From contig CACNFB010000003.1 in the NCBI GenBank assembly GCA_902619665.1, positions 13,527 to 77,526 of the forward strand: a DNA stretch of 64,000 bases, given 5' to 3'. Under the pieces are notes generated by a model. It was not told the origin of the DNA. It saw only the letters and a program-made list of their open reading frames with translations, and ran no database searches. A program made the translations under genes and the position numbers. Shown here one piece after another: positions 23,168 through 34,058 of the stretch (positions are counted from its first letter, which is position 1; each line of letters starts with the position of its first letter). This DNA is from an uncultured Pelagibacteraceae bacterium. GTDB lineage: Bacteria > Pseudomonadota > Alphaproteobacteria > Pelagibacterales > Pelagibacteraceae.

Positions 23168-24989
23168 TACAGGAAAAGATGTTATAAAAAAAGAAATACC
23201 TTTAATTGCTAAATTGCCAGGTGTTTACAAAATGCTAAATGAGAAAAACGAGGTTTTGTATGTTGGGAAAGCAAAAAATTTACCTAATAGATTGAAAAGT
23301 TATGTATCAGAGAAAAATCATATCATTAGAACTGAGAGAATGTTATCTCAAACTAGAAAAATTGAAGTAACAACAACTTCAAACGAAAGCGAAGCTTTAC
23401 TATTAGAGGCTAATTTAATTAAAAAGTATAAGCCAAGATTTAATATATTATTGAGAGATGATAAATCGTTTCCTTTTATTTTTATTAGTAACAAAGAAAA
23501 GTGGCCACAAATAAAAAAACATAGAGGGAAAAAGGACAAAGAGGGTTTTTTCTTTGGTCCGTTTGCGTCTGCAGGTTCTGCAAATTGGACCATAAAAATG
23601 ATTCAAAAAATATTTCAGTTAAGAATTTGTGATGACACTGTATTTAAAAATAGGGAAAGACCATGCATATTATATCAAATTAAAAGATGTTCTGGTCCTT
23701 GTGTAAATTTTATACACGAGAATGATTATAAAAAATCTGTGGATGATGCTATTGACTTTGTTTCTGGTAAATCAAGAAAAATTCAAAAAAGTTTATCGGC
23801 ACAAATGGAAACTGCTAGCGATGAACTAGATTTTGAAAAAGCTGCAATACTTAGGGATAGAATTAAATCACTCAATATTATTCAGTCATCTCAGAGAATT
23901 AATGAAGCGAATTTAGTAGAGGCTGATGTTATTGCTGGTTACAAAGAATCTGGTAAAACTTGTATTCAAGTTTTTTTTTATAGGTCTAAACAAAATTGGG
24001 GTAATCAAGCTTTTTTTCCCAAACATGATCCAGATGAAAATTTAAGTAATATAATTAATTCTTTCGTTACACAATTTTATGAAAATAAAAGTGTACCAAT
24101 AAATATTATTTTAAGTGTGGATATAAAAGAAAAACTATTAATCGAAAAAACCTTAAGTAAAAAAGAAAATAAACAAATTAGCATTTCAGTTGCTAAAAAA
24201 GGTTCAAAATTAAAAGTCATTAATCAAGCTCTCAAAAATGCAAAAGATAGTTTAAATAGAAAAATATATGAAAGCCAAAATAATAAAGACTTATTTGAGA
24301 ACATTTCACAAAAATTTGATCTTGAGAGCAATATTAATTTAGTAGAAGTATATGATAATAGTCATATTCAAGGTACCGACAGTATAGGAGCGTTAATTAC
24401 ATTTGGTGAAGAGGGTTTTATAAAGAAAAAATATAGAAAATTTAATATTAAAATTAAAAATAATGAGCAAGACGACTATGGTATGATGCGAGAGGTTATT
24501 AATCGAAGGTTCAAACGAGCCATTCAAGAAAAAGATAATTATTTGACAATGCCAGACCTAATTTTAATTGATGGTGGAAAGGGCCAATACTCAGCAGTAA
24601 GAGAAACAATGAATGAATTAGGCCTCCACGAGATCCCTGTCATAGCAATTGCAAAAGGGAAACTTAGAAATAGTGGTAATGAAACCTTTTTTCACAATGG
24701 TAAAGAATTTAAATTTGAAAAAAACGATCCAACTTTATTTTTTTTACAAAGAATAAGAGATGAGGCGCATAGGTTTGCAATAAGCGCTCATAGAGCAAAA
24801 AGGAAAAAGGGTTTAAAAAAATCGCTTCTTGATCAAATTAGCGGGATCGGGTCTATTAGAAAGAGAGCTTTATTAAATCATTTTGGATCTGCTAGAGCTG
24901 TTGAGTCTGCTAGTTTAGATGAAATAAAATCAGTAGAGGGGGTTGAGGAAAAGGTTGCAAAAAAAATATATAACTTTTTTCACGAATGA
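23154..24989 (+). CDS. uvrC: Excinuclease ABC subunit C
   Basis: GIY-YIG (PGVY...YVGKAKNL), Cys cluster, [21 protein letters not shown] and HhH; ATG at 23154 preferred. Confidence 0.98.
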   Translation: MTNSNTGKDVIKKEIPLIAKLPGVYKMLNEKNEVLYVGKAKNLPNRLKSYVSEKNHIIRTERMLSQTRKIEVTTTSNESEALLLEANLIKKYKPRFNILLRDDKSFPFIFISNKEKWPQIKKHRGKKDKEGFFFGPFASAGSANWTIKMIQKIFQLRICDDTVFKNRERPCILYQIKRCSGPCVNFIHENDYKKSVDDAIDFVSGKSRKIQKSLSAQMETASDELDFEKAAILRDRIKSLNIIQSSQRINEANLVEADVIAGYKESGKTCIQVFFYRSKQNWGNQAFFPKHDPDENLSNIINSFVTQFYENKSVPINIILSVDIKEKLLIEKTLSKKENKQISISVAKKGSKLKVINQALKNAKDSLNRKIYESQNNKDLFENISQKFDLESNINLVEVYDNSHIQGTDSIGALITFGEEGFIKKKYRKFNIKIKNNEQDDYGMMREVINRRFKRAIQEKDNYLTMPDLILIDGGKGQYSAVRETMNELGLHEIPVIAIAKGKLRNSGNETFFHNGKEFKFEKNDPTLFFLQRIRDEAHRFAISAHRAKRKKGLKKSLLDQISGIGSIRKRALLNHFGSARAVESASLDEIKSVEGVEEKVAKKIYNFFHE

Positions 24990-25567
24990 AATTTAAATTT
25001 CCTAATTATCTAACAATTGGCCGTATAATTATAGTCCCAATATTTGTGTTAACATTTTATTTGCCAGGATTTTATGGAGATGTAATTCCATTTTTTTTAT
25101 TTGTTCTTGCATCTTTTACAGACTTTTTAGATGGTCTTTTAGCAAGATTGTATAAAGAAGAGTCTAAACTTGGTGAACTTTTAGATCCCATTGCTGATAA
25201 AATTATCGTAGCTACAGCTCTTATTTTATTAGTTATGGATGGAACAATAAAAAATTTTGAGGTTATAGCTGCGATTATTATTCTGATAAGGGAAATTTTG
25301 ATATCTGGCCTCAGAGAATTTTTAGCAAAAGGGCAGGTAAATTTACCAGTATCAAATCTTGCAAAATTGAAAACTTTTTTACAAATGTTTTCAATTTCTA
25401 TTTTATTAACAGGGGAAACTGGTAATAAAATTTTGAATTTTCAAGACTATAATGCTCAAACTATTGGTATTATAATTTTGTGGCTTTCGGCTTTCTTAAC
25501 TTTATTTACAGCTTATGATTACCTGAGAAAAGGAATTGACCATGCAATTTCTGAAGATAATAAATAA
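24986..25567 (+). CDS. pgsA: CDP-diacylglycerol--glycerol-3-phosphate 3-phosphatidyltransferase
   Basis: PNYLTIGR and [10 protein letters not shown]...G..LDPIADK; follows uvrC. Confidence 0.95.
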   Translation: MKFKFPNYLTIGRIIIVPIFVLTFYLPGFYGDVIPFFLFVLASFTDFLDGLLARLYKEESKLGELLDPIADKIIVATALILLVMDGTIKNFEVIAAIIILIREILISGLREFLAKGQVNLPVSNLAKLKTFLQMFSISILLTGETGNKILNFQDYNAQTIGIIILWLSAFLTLFTAYDYLRKGIDHAISEDNK

Positions 25568-26452
25568 TTAAGCAGCTTTCTTTTTCCTTACAATCAATTG
25601 ATAGGAGTCTGATAATTCTATAATTGTTTTACAAACTTTAAAATTATAATTTGCTATTTGTGAAACCGGAGTTACTTCCGCAGCAGTGCCAGTGAGAAAA
25701 CAACCGGTAAAATTTTTAAGTTCATCTGGTGTAATTTTTCTTTCAATCACTTTTATATTTTTTGATTTTGCAATATCTATAACTGTTCTTCTTGTGATGC
25801 CATCAAGAAAAGAGTCAGGTATTGGGGTATGCAGATTTCCATCTTTATCTTTAAAAAAGATATTTGCACCGGTAGCTTCTGCAACATTACCTTCATGATC
25901 TAACATTAAAGAGTCGGTGTATCCATCCCTCTCTGCTTCATGTTTTGACAAAGTACATATCATGTATAATCCAGATGCTTTCGTGTCCCAAGGTATTGTA
26001 TCTGGTGCAGGTCTTTTCCATTTAGATATATTTAATTTTATTCCTTCAACTTTTAACTTTGGATCGAAATAAGATCCCCACTCCCAGGTTGCAATTGCTA
26101 CATGAATTTTTGTTTGTTGAGCTGAAATAGCCATCATTTCACTACCTCGCCATGCAATTGGTCTAACATAACCATTTTCAACTTTTTGAACTGAGATAAT
26201 ATTTTTACTAGCTTTGTTTATTTGATCCTCGCTATAAGGAATTTCAAAACCCATTCTTTTTGCTGAGTGAAAAAATCTAGAAGTATGTTCCTCTAATTTA
26301 AAAATTTCGCCATCGTAAACCCGCTCACCCTCAAAAACGCAACTCGCGTAATGTAGTCCATGGCTTAAAACATGTAACTTAACATCTGACCAATTTACTA
26401 ATTCAGAATTATACCAAATTTTACCGTCTCTTTTATCGTAAGGAATCATCAT
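25568..26452 (-). CDS. ilvE: Branched-chain amino acid aminotransferase
   Basis: HGLHYASCVFEG, KASGLY, EATGANIF, LDGITR and GTAAEVTPV. Confidence 0.95.
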   Translation of the reverse strand: MMIPYDKRDGKIWYNSELVNWSDVKLHVLSHGLHYASCVFEGERVYDGEIFKLEEHTSRFFHSAKRMGFEIPYSEDQINKASKNIISVQKVENGYVRPIAWRGSEMMAISAQQTKIHVAIATWEWGSYFDPKLKVEGIKLNISKWKRPAPDTIPWDTKASGLYMICTLSKHEAERDGYTDSLMLDHEGNVAEATGANIFFKDKDGNLHTPIPDSFLDGITRRTVIDIAKSKNIKVIERKITPDELKNFTGCFLTGTAAEVTPVSQIANYNFKVCKTIIELSDSYQLIVRKKKAA

Positions 26453-26514
26453 AAAAAGAAAATTTATAAAAAAATAACTTCCTAAATTTAATATGTCAAT
26501 ATAACTTACTTATT

Positions 26515-26958
26515 ATGAAAGATCTTCTTTATTTAAAAGATGAACAATTAAAAGGTTTTATTGAAAAAATTTTTGTCACTTATAGGGAGTCATTTAGTGA
26601 TCCCAAGAAAATACTTAAAAAGTATCAGTTAGGCACTGCGCATCATAAATCTCTTCATTTAATATCCTTTTATGAAGGAATTACAATTTCACAACTATTA
26701 AAGAAATTAAACGTAACTAAGCAGAGTTTAAATAGGGTTCTAAATGACTTGAAGAGGCTAGATTTTTTAGAATTTAAAAAAGATAGTAAAGATACAAGAG
26801 TTAGACATATTTATTTAAGTTCTAAAGGAAGTAAAATTTACAACGAAATTTTTTTTTCTCAAAAAAAAAGAATTTATAAAGCTTTTTTAAACTCGTCAGC
26901 AAAAGAAGTGCTGAATTTTGACCAGGTATTAAAAAGAATAATAAATGAAAAACTATAA
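26515..26958 (+). CDS. MarR-family regulator (PetP-like)
   Basis: wHTH with VTKQSLNRVL and DTRVR; typical ilvE / MarR-OmpR-EnvZ arrangement. Confidence 0.85.
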   Translation: MKDLLYLKDEQLKGFIEKIFVTYRESFSDPKKILKKYQLGTAHHKSLHLISFYEGITISQLLKKLNVTKQSLNRVLNDLKRLDFLEFKKDSKDTRVRHIYLSSKGSKIYNEIFFSQKKRIYKAFLNSSAKEVLNFDQVLKRIINEKL

Positions 26959-27622
26959 AGCTCATATATTAGTTGTAGATGATGATGACGGTATAAGAAA
27001 TTTAGTAAAAAAATTTTTAAATGAAAAAAGTTTTTTGGTAAATACAGCTAGTTCAGCTGAAGAAGCCCAAAAAAAAATTGCAATCGTAAAATTTGATTTG
27101 ATAATTTTAGATATTATGATGCCTGGCAAAAGTGGTTTGGAATTTTTAAATGAAAATAAATCCTTTATTGATACACCGGTAATACTTTTAACCGCTAAAG
27201 GTGAACCAAAAGAAAGGGTTGAGGGACTCGAAACTGGTGCAGATGATTATTTACCGAAACCATTTGAACCACAGGAACTGCTATTGAGAATAAAAAATAT
27301 TTTATCCAAAACACAAAAAAAGAACCTTATAAGAGCTATAAATTTTGGAAACATCAAAATTGATTTAACAAAGTTGTTAATAATAAAAGAGAAAAAAGAA
27401 CTTAAAATCAACACTACCGAAAAGAAAATTTTAGATAAAATGATAAATCAACCTGGTAAGGTTTTCAGTAGACTAGAAATAGGAAAACTTATTAATCTAG
27501 AAAAAGAAAGATCAATAGACGTAATTATTACTAGACTAAGAAAAAAAATTGAAATGAATCCAAAAAATCCAAAATATTTACAAACTATAAGAGGTACAGG
27601 ATATGTTTTATGGATTGAATAA
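26945..27622 (+). CDS. OmpR-family response regulator
   Basis: VVDDD, LDIMMPG, LTA, GADDYLPKPF, RSIDVIITRLRKKIE and LQTIRGTGY. Confidence 0.95.
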   Translation: MKNYKAHILVVDDDDGIRNLVKKFLNEKSFLVNTASSAEEAQKKIAIVKFDLIILDIMMPGKSGLEFLNENKSFIDTPVILLTAKGEPKERVEGLETGADDYLPKPFEPQELLLRIKNILSKTQKKNLIRAINFGNIKIDLTKLLIIKEKKELKINTTEKKILDKMINQPGKVFSRLEIGKLINLEKERSIDVIITRLRKKIEMNPKNPKYLQTIRGTGYVLWIE

Positions 27623-28916
27623 ATTTGTTAAAGAAATACTTCCAAAAAGATTATTTTATAGAGCTCTTTTAATTGTTGCAGCTCCAATCATAATTTTGCA
27701 AATCACTATATCAGTAGTTTTTTTTGATAGTTTGTGGATAAAAACAAATAAAGGTATGACAAATGCATTAATAGGAGAAATTAAATTTTTTTTAGATGCT
27801 TATGACAATGAAGATTATAATAAAGAGAATTTAATAAACTTATTTGAGGAACATCACAACTTTACTGTAAAATTTATTTCATTTGGTGACTTGCCAAAAC
27901 AAGATATGGAGAGATGGTTCAGCCCTATGGATCGTACTTTGAGAAGAGAATTAAAATCTAGAAATTTAAGTTATTGGTTTGATACTACAAAATTCAAGGG
28001 ATTAATTGAATTAAGAATAAAACACATTAATGGATACTTTGAATTTTATATTCCCAAAGAAAGAGTTACCAGCACCTCGGCTAGATTATTTGCGTTATGG
28101 ATCACATTCCCGGCGTTTTTATTAATTACAGTTGCCTTAATTTTCTTAAAAAACCAAACACGACCAATTGTAAATTTAGCGAAAGCATCTGAAAAATTTG
28201 GAAGAGGTGAAGATGTTGGTGAATTCAGGCCTTCTGGTGCTCTTGAAATACGCCAAGCTGGATTTGAATTTGATAGAATGAGGAAAAGAATTTTAAGACA
28301 TTTAAATCAGAGATCTGAGATGTTGTCTGGAATAAGCCACGATTTAAGAACTCCGCTAACAAGAATAAAGTTACAATTAGCCTTTATCAAAGACAACAAT
28401 ATTTCAAAAAAACTTTCTGAGGACATAGAGGAAATGGAAAAAATGTTAAATGAATATTTGCAATTTGCTAGTTCGACGTCTTCTGAAAAAGATGAATCAT
28501 TTAATATCTCAAAAACAATCAAATCTTTAATAAAAAAATATGATAATACTTTAATATCCTCAGATATTGAGGAAAATGTAAACTTTAATGGGCGAAAGAA
28601 TTTATTATTAAGGTGTCTCAGCAACATTATAGACAATGGTCTTAAGTATGGAAAAAAAGTTTCATTTTCCTTAAAAAAGTTAAATAAAATAATGGTTATA
28701 ATTATAGAGGATGACGGACCAGGTATTCCAAAATCAGAATATTCAAATGTTTTCAAACCTTTTTATAAAATAAATAAAGGAAGAGGTGACTCAAAATCAA
28801 GCGTGGGTCTTGGCCTTTCAATTGCATCTGACGTAGTTAGATCCCATGGGGGAAAAATTGATTTAAATAAATCAAAATTAGGCGGTTTGAGTGTTAAGAT
28901 TTCTTTACCTTTTTAG
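27603..28916 (+). CDS. EnvZ-like sensor histidine kinase
   Basis: Two TMs, HAMP, SHDLRTPLTR H-box, N-box, DDGPGIP and GLGLSI. Confidence 0.95.
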   Translation: MFYGLNKFVKEILPKRLFYRALLIVAAPIIILQITISVVFFDSLWIKTNKGMTNALIGEIKFFLDAYDNEDYNKENLINLFEEHHNFTVKFISFGDLPKQDMERWFSPMDRTLRRELKSRNLSYWFDTTKFKGLIELRIKHINGYFEFYIPKERVTSTSARLFALWITFPAFLLITVALIFLKNQTRPIVNLAKASEKFGRGEDVGEFRPSGALEIRQAGFEFDRMRKRILRHLNQRSEMLSGISHDLRTPLTRIKLQLAFIKDNNISKKLSEDIEEMEKMLNEYLQFASSTSSEKDESFNISKTIKSLIKKYDNTLISSDIEENVNFNGRKNLLLRCLSNIIDNGLKYGKKVSFSLKKLNKIMVIIIEDDGPGIPKSEYSNVFKPFYKINKGRGDSKSSVGLGLSIASDVVRSHGGKIDLNKSKLGGLSVKISLPF

Positions 28917-29139
28917 TTCGTTTATTTTTTTTTAATTTACTTATCTCGTTTTCCAACTTTTCAATTCTCTTCTTAAGAATATCTGTTTCTTCTTTTGTTG
29001 ATATTTTCATTTTTAAAATGATTTCATCTCTCTGAGATTTAATTATGTTAATTACTTCATTGCTTAAGTCTTTGTAGGATATTAATCCTTGGGCAAGTAA
29101 ACTTGTTAATTTTTCTAATAAAATTTTAGATTTTGACAT
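28894..29139 (-). CDS. Probable UbiK/BMFP (YqiC) accessory coiled-coil protein
   Basis: Short protein from ATG at 29139 with STKEE...RIEKLE (cf. VxREEF...R++.LE); divergent from lgt as is common in alphaproteobacteria. Confidence 0.6.
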   Translation of the reverse strand: MSKSKILLEKLTSLLAQGLISYKDLSNEVINIIKSQRDEIILKMKISTKEETDILKKRIEKLENEISKLKKNKRTKKVKKS

Positions 29140-29178
29140 ACTTTTGCTTTTAAAAATAATATATTCTAATTTTATAAT

Positions 29179-29937
29179 ATGCTTATTAATAATTTGAATC
29201 CAGTAGCTTTTGAAATATTTTTTATCAAAATTCACTGGTACTCTCTTGCGTATATTTTTGGGATAGTCTGTGGATGGATTTACATAAAGAAAATATTAAT
29301 TAAAAACAATATTCATAAGATTTACATTGATGATTTAATAACTTATCTAATTATAGGTATAATTGTAGGAGGTAGACTAGGTTATGTCTTGATTTATAAT
29401 TTAAAATTTTACCTAAAAAATCCTTCAGAAATAATTATGATATGGCAAGGAGGGATGTCTTTTCACGGGGGTTTAATAGGAATTATAATAGCCACTGTTA
29501 TTTTTTGTAAAAAAAAAAATTTAGAAAAGTATATCTTTTTTGATTTCATAGCTGTTGTGGCGCCTATTGGAATTTTTTTTGGTAGAATTGCAAATTTTAT
29601 AAATAGCGAGCTTGTCGGAAAACCAACCGATTTAATTTGGGGTGTTATCTTTCCGTTAGTCGATGATATCCCAAGACATCCGTCACAATTATACGAGGCT
29701 ATTTTTGAAGGTATATTTTTATTCATTATAATGAATAAAATCTACTTTGGTAAAAATTACAAGGAGGGAAGCTGTTCTTTTGCTTTTTTAATTTTTTACG
29801 GAATATTTAGATTGTTTTCTGAAATTTTTAGAGAACCTGATGAACAAATTGGTTATATCTTTGGATCATTAAGTATGGGAATGTTATTAAGTATAATTAT
29901 GATATTTATAGGTATTTTGCTCTTACGTAGAAAATGA
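29179..29937 (+). CDS. lgt: Prolipoprotein diacylglyceryl transferase
   Basis: HWY, GGRLGY, GGMSFHGG, GRIANFINSEL and RHPSQLYE. Confidence 0.98.
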   Translation: MLINNLNPVAFEIFFIKIHWYSLAYIFGIVCGWIYIKKILIKNNIHKIYIDDLITYLIIGIIVGGRLGYVLIYNLKFYLKNPSEIIMIWQGGMSFHGGLIGIIIATVIFCKKKNLEKYIFFDFIAVVAPIGIFFGRIANFINSELVGKPTDLIWGVIFPLVDDIPRHPSQLYEAIFEGIFLFIIMNKIYFGKNYKEGSCSFAFLIFYGIFRLFSEIFREPDEQIGYIFGSLSMGMLLSIIMIFIGILLLRRK

Positions 29938-31010
29938 AAAAATCCCTTGAAAAATTTAATATTATAAAAAATCAAAAAATTAAAGTTGATGATTTTATAG
30001 ATAGAGCATTATATAAACCAAAAATAGGGTACTATACAAATAAAATGCCTTTTGGGAAAAAAGGTGATTTTGTTACATCTCCTACTATATCAAATTTATT
30101 TTCTGAGATTATAGCCGTATGGATAATTTCAGCTTGGGAATCTTTAGGGAAACCTAAAATTTTTAACTTAGTCGAGCTTGGTCCAGGTGACGGAAGTTTG
30201 TCGGAAGTATTAGTAAAAACTTTTAAAAATTTTCCAACCTTTAATAATTCCATAAAATTTTTTTTATATGAAAAAAGTGAATTTTTAAGAAGGATTCAAA
30301 AAAAAAAATTAAAAGGAACTAATTTAAAGTGGATAAATGATTATAAAAACATAAAGGGCGGTCCAATTATTTTTTTTGGTAACGAATTTTTTGATGCAAT
30401 ACCAATAAAACAATTTTATATTAAGGATAAAAAATTAGTAGAAAAATGCTATATTTTTAATGGAAAATTTCTTGAGGAAACCCAATGCAAGCCTAAATTG
30501 AGCGATCTAATTAACTTAAAATCTTTTAAAATTTTAAAAAAACTTAAATTTATTGAATACCCAAAGCAAGGTCTTGGAGAATTAAGTAAAATTGTAAAAA
30601 AAATAAAATCTTTATCTGGAGGAGTGCTATTAATTGATTACGGTTATATGGGAGCATTAAATGAAAGTACTATACAAATTATGATGAAAAATAGACAAAT
30701 TCACAAAAAAAACCTATTAAAGTGTATTGGTAATGCAGATATCACTTCATTGGTTAATTTTAGCTTATTAAATGAATTTTTTTCAAAAAAAAAATTAAAT
30801 GTTAAGAGAGTAGTTACACAAAAATTTTTTTTAGAAAGAATGGGGATTATTGAAAGAGCTAAGATTCTGGAAAAAAAAATGAATGAAAAACAAAAAAAAT
30901 ACATGGCCACAACGCTTTCAAGACTTTTAAATAAAAGTTCAATGGGAGAGTTATTCAAAGTTATTTTTGCATATAAAAGTAATAATAAAAATTTTTTTGG
31001 TTTTGAATGA
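29934..31010 (+). CDS. SAM-dependent methyltransferase, MidA/NDUFAF7 family
   Basis: GYY, GDFVTSP, VELGPGDG, NEFFDAIP, IDYG, ADIT and MGELFKV. Confidence 0.92.
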   Translation: MKKSLEKFNIIKNQKIKVDDFIDRALYKPKIGYYTNKMPFGKKGDFVTSPTISNLFSEIIAVWIISAWESLGKPKIFNLVELGPGDGSLSEVLVKTFKNFPTFNNSIKFFLYEKSEFLRRIQKKKLKGTNLKWINDYKNIKGGPIIFFGNEFFDAIPIKQFYIKDKKLVEKCYIFNGKFLEETQCKPKLSDLINLKSFKILKKLKFIEYPKQGLGELSKIVKKIKSLSGGVLLIDYGYMGALNESTIQIMMKNRQIHKKNLLKCIGNADITSLVNFSLLNEFFSKKKLNVKRVVTQKFFLERMGIIERAKILEKKMNEKQKKYMATTLSRLLNKSSMGELFKVIFAYKSNNKNFFGFE

Positions 31011-31762
31011 TTTTATCAAAGAAATTATTAAAGTATAAAAGTATTAGACACTGCTTTCTAGGCATGGAAGGTGGGAAATCTAAAGGAATATATAAAAGCT
31101 TAAACTGTGGAAGAGGTTCATTTGATACAAAAGTAAACGTAACAAAAAATCTTAAAATAGCTTGTCGAAAAATTGGTTCAACACACAAAAAATTAATATT
31201 GTTACATCAAGTCCATAGTAATAAGTTTTTCTATGTAAATAGAAGAAAATATAAAACAAAGCTAATTGGAGACGCTTTAATAACAAATAAAAAAAATATT
31301 GCATTGGGTATTCTAACTGCTGACTGCGCGCCTATAATTATTTATGACCCAAAACTCAGAATAATTTCAGCAATACATGCTGGGTGGAAAGGTGCCTACA
31401 AAGAGATCATAAAAAAAGTTGTTAATTTTTTGATTAAATCAGGAAGTAATACCAAAGATTTGGTTGCTGCTATTGGCCCTTGCATAGCTCAAAAAAATTA
31501 TGAGATTAAATCTGATTTTAAGCTTAAATTTTTAAAACAAAATACTGTGAATAGAACTTTTTTCAAAAAAATAAAAAAAAAAACATATTTTAGCCTAAAT
31601 AAATATGTTTATTATCAATTGAAAAGTCTTGGTTTAAAAAAAATCGATTTAATTGATAAGGATACATATAATCCAAAAAATAATTTTTTTAGTGCAAGAA
31701 GAGCTATACATAACAATCAAAATGATTATGGTAGAAATATATCATTAATTATGATTAAATAA
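31007..31762 (+). CDS. pgeF: Peptidoglycan editing factor / purine nucleoside phosphorylase PgeF (YfiH)
   Basis: SLN, QVHS, TADC, HAGWKG, IGPCI and FFSARR. Confidence 0.92.
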   Translation: MILSKKLLKYKSIRHCFLGMEGGKSKGIYKSLNCGRGSFDTKVNVTKNLKIACRKIGSTHKKLILLHQVHSNKFFYVNRRKYKTKLIGDALITNKKNIALGILTADCAPIIIYDPKLRIISAIHAGWKGAYKEIIKKVVNFLIKSGSNTKDLVAAIGPCIAQKNYEIKSDFKLKFLKQNTVNRTFFKKIKKKTYFSLNKYVYYQLKSLGLKKIDLIDKDTYNPKNNFFSARRAIHNNQNDYGRNISLIMIK

Positions 31763-31774
31763 CTTTTCAAAATA

Positions 31775-32707
31775 ATGAAACTTCTAACAGGAAATAGTAA
31801 TAAAAAACTAAGTGAAAAAATTGCTAAATATTTAAAAGAAAGGCTCGTCAATTCAAGTATTAGAAAATTTAAAGATGGGGAAATATATATAGAGATTAAT
31901 GAAAATATTAGAGGTAACAATATTTTTATTATTCAATCAATCTCATCTCCAGCTAATGATAATCTGATGGAGATGTTATTATGTATCGATGCTTTAAAAA
32001 GATCATCTGCAAAAAATATCACTGCTGTAATTCCTTATTTTGGATATGCAAGGCAAGATAGAAAAGTTGTGCCGAGAACATCTATATCAGCAAAATTAGT
32101 TTCTAATTTAATTACTAAAGCTGGTGCTGATAGAGTTGTAACAATCGATTTACATGCAGGACAAATTCAGGGATTTTTTGATATACCAGTAGATAATTTA
32201 TTTGCTACTCCAATATTTGCAAGACACATAAAAAAAAGAATTAAATCAAAAAATATAATTTGCGTGTCACCAGACGTTGGTGGTGTAGCTAGGACAAGAG
32301 GATTAAGTAAGTTTCTTAATTCAGGTTTAGCGATTATAGATAAAAGAAGACCTTCTCCAGGAAAATCTGAAGTAATGAATGTTATAGGAAATGTTAAAGA
32401 TAAGTGTTGTATTATGGTTGATGATATAATTGACTCAGGAGGTACAATTGTAAACGCTGCTAAAGTTCTAAAAGAAAAAGGTGCAAAGGAGATACACGTT
32501 TATATAACACATGGGGTATTAAGTGGTGATGCAGTTAACAAAATTAGGAAATCAACTATTAAAAATTTAGTTATTACAGACACAATAGACAATTATAACA
32601 AAATAAAAAACGCTAAAAATATTGAAATTTTGTCTGTATCAAATTTAATGGGTGAAGCAATAAGACGTATTTCTAACTCAACGTCTGTATCTTTTCTGTT
32701 CAAATAA
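31775..32707 (+). CDS. prs: Ribose-phosphate pyrophosphokinase
   Basis: [22 protein letters not shown] and [10 protein letters not shown]. Confidence 0.98.
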   Translation: MKLLTGNSNKKLSEKIAKYLKERLVNSSIRKFKDGEIYIEINENIRGNNIFIIQSISSPANDNLMEMLLCIDALKRSSAKNITAVIPYFGYARQDRKVVPRTSISAKLVSNLITKAGADRVVTIDLHAGQIQGFFDIPVDNLFATPIFARHIKKRIKSKNIICVSPDVGGVARTRGLSKFLNSGLAIIDKRRPSPGKSEVMNVIGNVKDKCCIMVDDIIDSGGTIVNAAKVLKEKGAKEIHVYITHGVLSGDAVNKIRKSTIKNLVITDTIDNYNKIKNAKNIEILSVSNLMGEAIRRISNSTSVSFLFK

Positions 32708-32752
32708 TTTTCTTGTTTTATTAGTCAACATGAGTTAAAAAACTTTTTTTTT

Positions 32753-33478
32753 ATGAGTACTTTAGAAGCAAATATTAGAAATAACAAAACATCCGGTGAA
32801 CTAAAAAAAATAAGACAACAAGGAAATGTTCCAGGTATTGTCTATGGTGGATCAGAAAAAAACCAAAATGTATCTGTATCTATAAAAGTACTAAAAAGTT
32901 TAATGGAGCAAGAAAACTTTCTTTCGAAAATTATAAAACTTAAGGTCGACAGAAAAGAGGAAAGCGTATTACCTAAAGATATATCTTTTGATGTGATCAC
33001 AGATGAGCCAATACACATAGATTTCTTAAGAGTTGTAAAAGGTTCAAGCGTTATAATTGAGATACCAGTTAAATTTATCAATAATGAAAAATCTCCTGGG
33101 TTAAAAAGAGGAGGTGTACTTAATATTGTTAGAAGGAAAGTAGAATTAAAATGTCCATCTGAAAATATACCAAGTGAATTAATTGTTGATTTGGATGGGG
33201 TGGATATAGGACATAGTTTTAAGATATCATCAATAAAATTACCTGAAAATGTTATTCCAACTATTACGGGAAGAGATTTTGTAATTGCTACCGTAGCAGC
33301 ACCAACAGTAATTAAGGAACCAGAAAAACCAGCTGAGGCCGCAGAAGGTGAAGAAGGAGCAGAGGGTTCTACAGATGCACAAGAAGCAGCAGCGCCTAAA
33401 GATGGAGCAGACGAAAAAGGTGGGGCTGAGGCAGAAAAAAAAGATGAAGGTAAGAAACCTCAATCAGAAAAAAAATAA
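32753..33478 (+). CDS. rplY: 50S ribosomal protein L25/Ctc with acidic C-terminal tail
   Basis: VPGIVYG, PIHIDF and SPGLKRGGVL. Confidence 0.96.
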   Translation: MSTLEANIRNNKTSGELKKIRQQGNVPGIVYGGSEKNQNVSVSIKVLKSLMEQENFLSKIIKLKVDRKEESVLPKDISFDVITDEPIHIDFLRVVKGSSVIIEIPVKFINNEKSPGLKRGGVLNIVRRKVELKCPSENIPSELIVDLDGVDIGHSFKISSIKLPENVIPTITGRDFVIATVAAPTVIKEPEKPAEAAEGEEGAEGSTDAQEAAAPKDGADEKGGAEAEKKDEGKKPQSEKK

Positions 33479-33497
33479 TTGATAAAATTTAATTTAC

Positions 33498-34058
33498 ATG
33501 TTTTTATTTGTTGGACTAGGTAATCCCACGCCAAATTCAGAGAACAATAGACATAATATTGGGTTCAAAATAATTGATGCTATAAACTCAAAATTTAAGT
33601 TATCAAAACAAAAACCTAAATTTAAAGGTCTATTAACAACTGGGAATATCAACGAAAAAAAAGTTTATGCGATAAAGCCATTAACATTTATGAATAACTC
33701 TGGGATATGTATAAGAGAACTTATAGAGTATTTTAAAATTGAAGCTGAAAATATAATAGTCTTTCATGATGATTTAGATATTGACTTTGGTAAGATTAAA
33801 ACAAAGTTTGGAGGTTCTAGTGCGGGTCACAACGGGATAGAATCTATAGATAAATTTATAGGCAAAGATTACTCAAGAGTAAGAATAGGAATTGGTAAAC
33901 CAAACGACAAAATTGCAGTTTCAGATTATGTTTTAAAGGATTTTGACGATGATGAAAAACAGCAACTAGAAACTTTAAAAGATAATATCACTGAAAATTT
34001 AGCTATTTTAATTGATAAAAAACTAGACCTCTTCTCAAGCACAGTTAATAATAAATAA
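33498..34058 (+). CDS. pth: Peptidyl-tRNA hydrolase
   Basis: GLGNP, RHNIGF, KPLTFMNNSG, HDDLD and GHNG. Confidence 0.97.
   Translation: MFLFVGLGNPTPNSENNRHNIGFKIIDAINSKFKLSKQKPKFKGLLTTGNINEKKVYAIKPLTFMNNSGICIRELIEYFKIEAENIIVFHDDLDIDFGKIKTKFGGSSAGHNGIESIDKFIGKDYSRVRIGIGKPNDKIAVSDYVLKDFDDDEKQQLETLKDNITENLAILIDKKLDLFSSTVNNK

Noticed and set aside
29140-29235. Extended N-terminus of the 28894-29235 ORF overlapping lgt
   Set aside because: The ATG at 29139 gives a typical-length protein and removes the head-to-head overlap
33300-33478. GC-richer, repetitive Ala/Glu/Gly-coding stretch at the end of rplY
   Set aside because: Ordinary low-complexity acidic tail of Ctc-type L25, not a repeat element or foreign DNA
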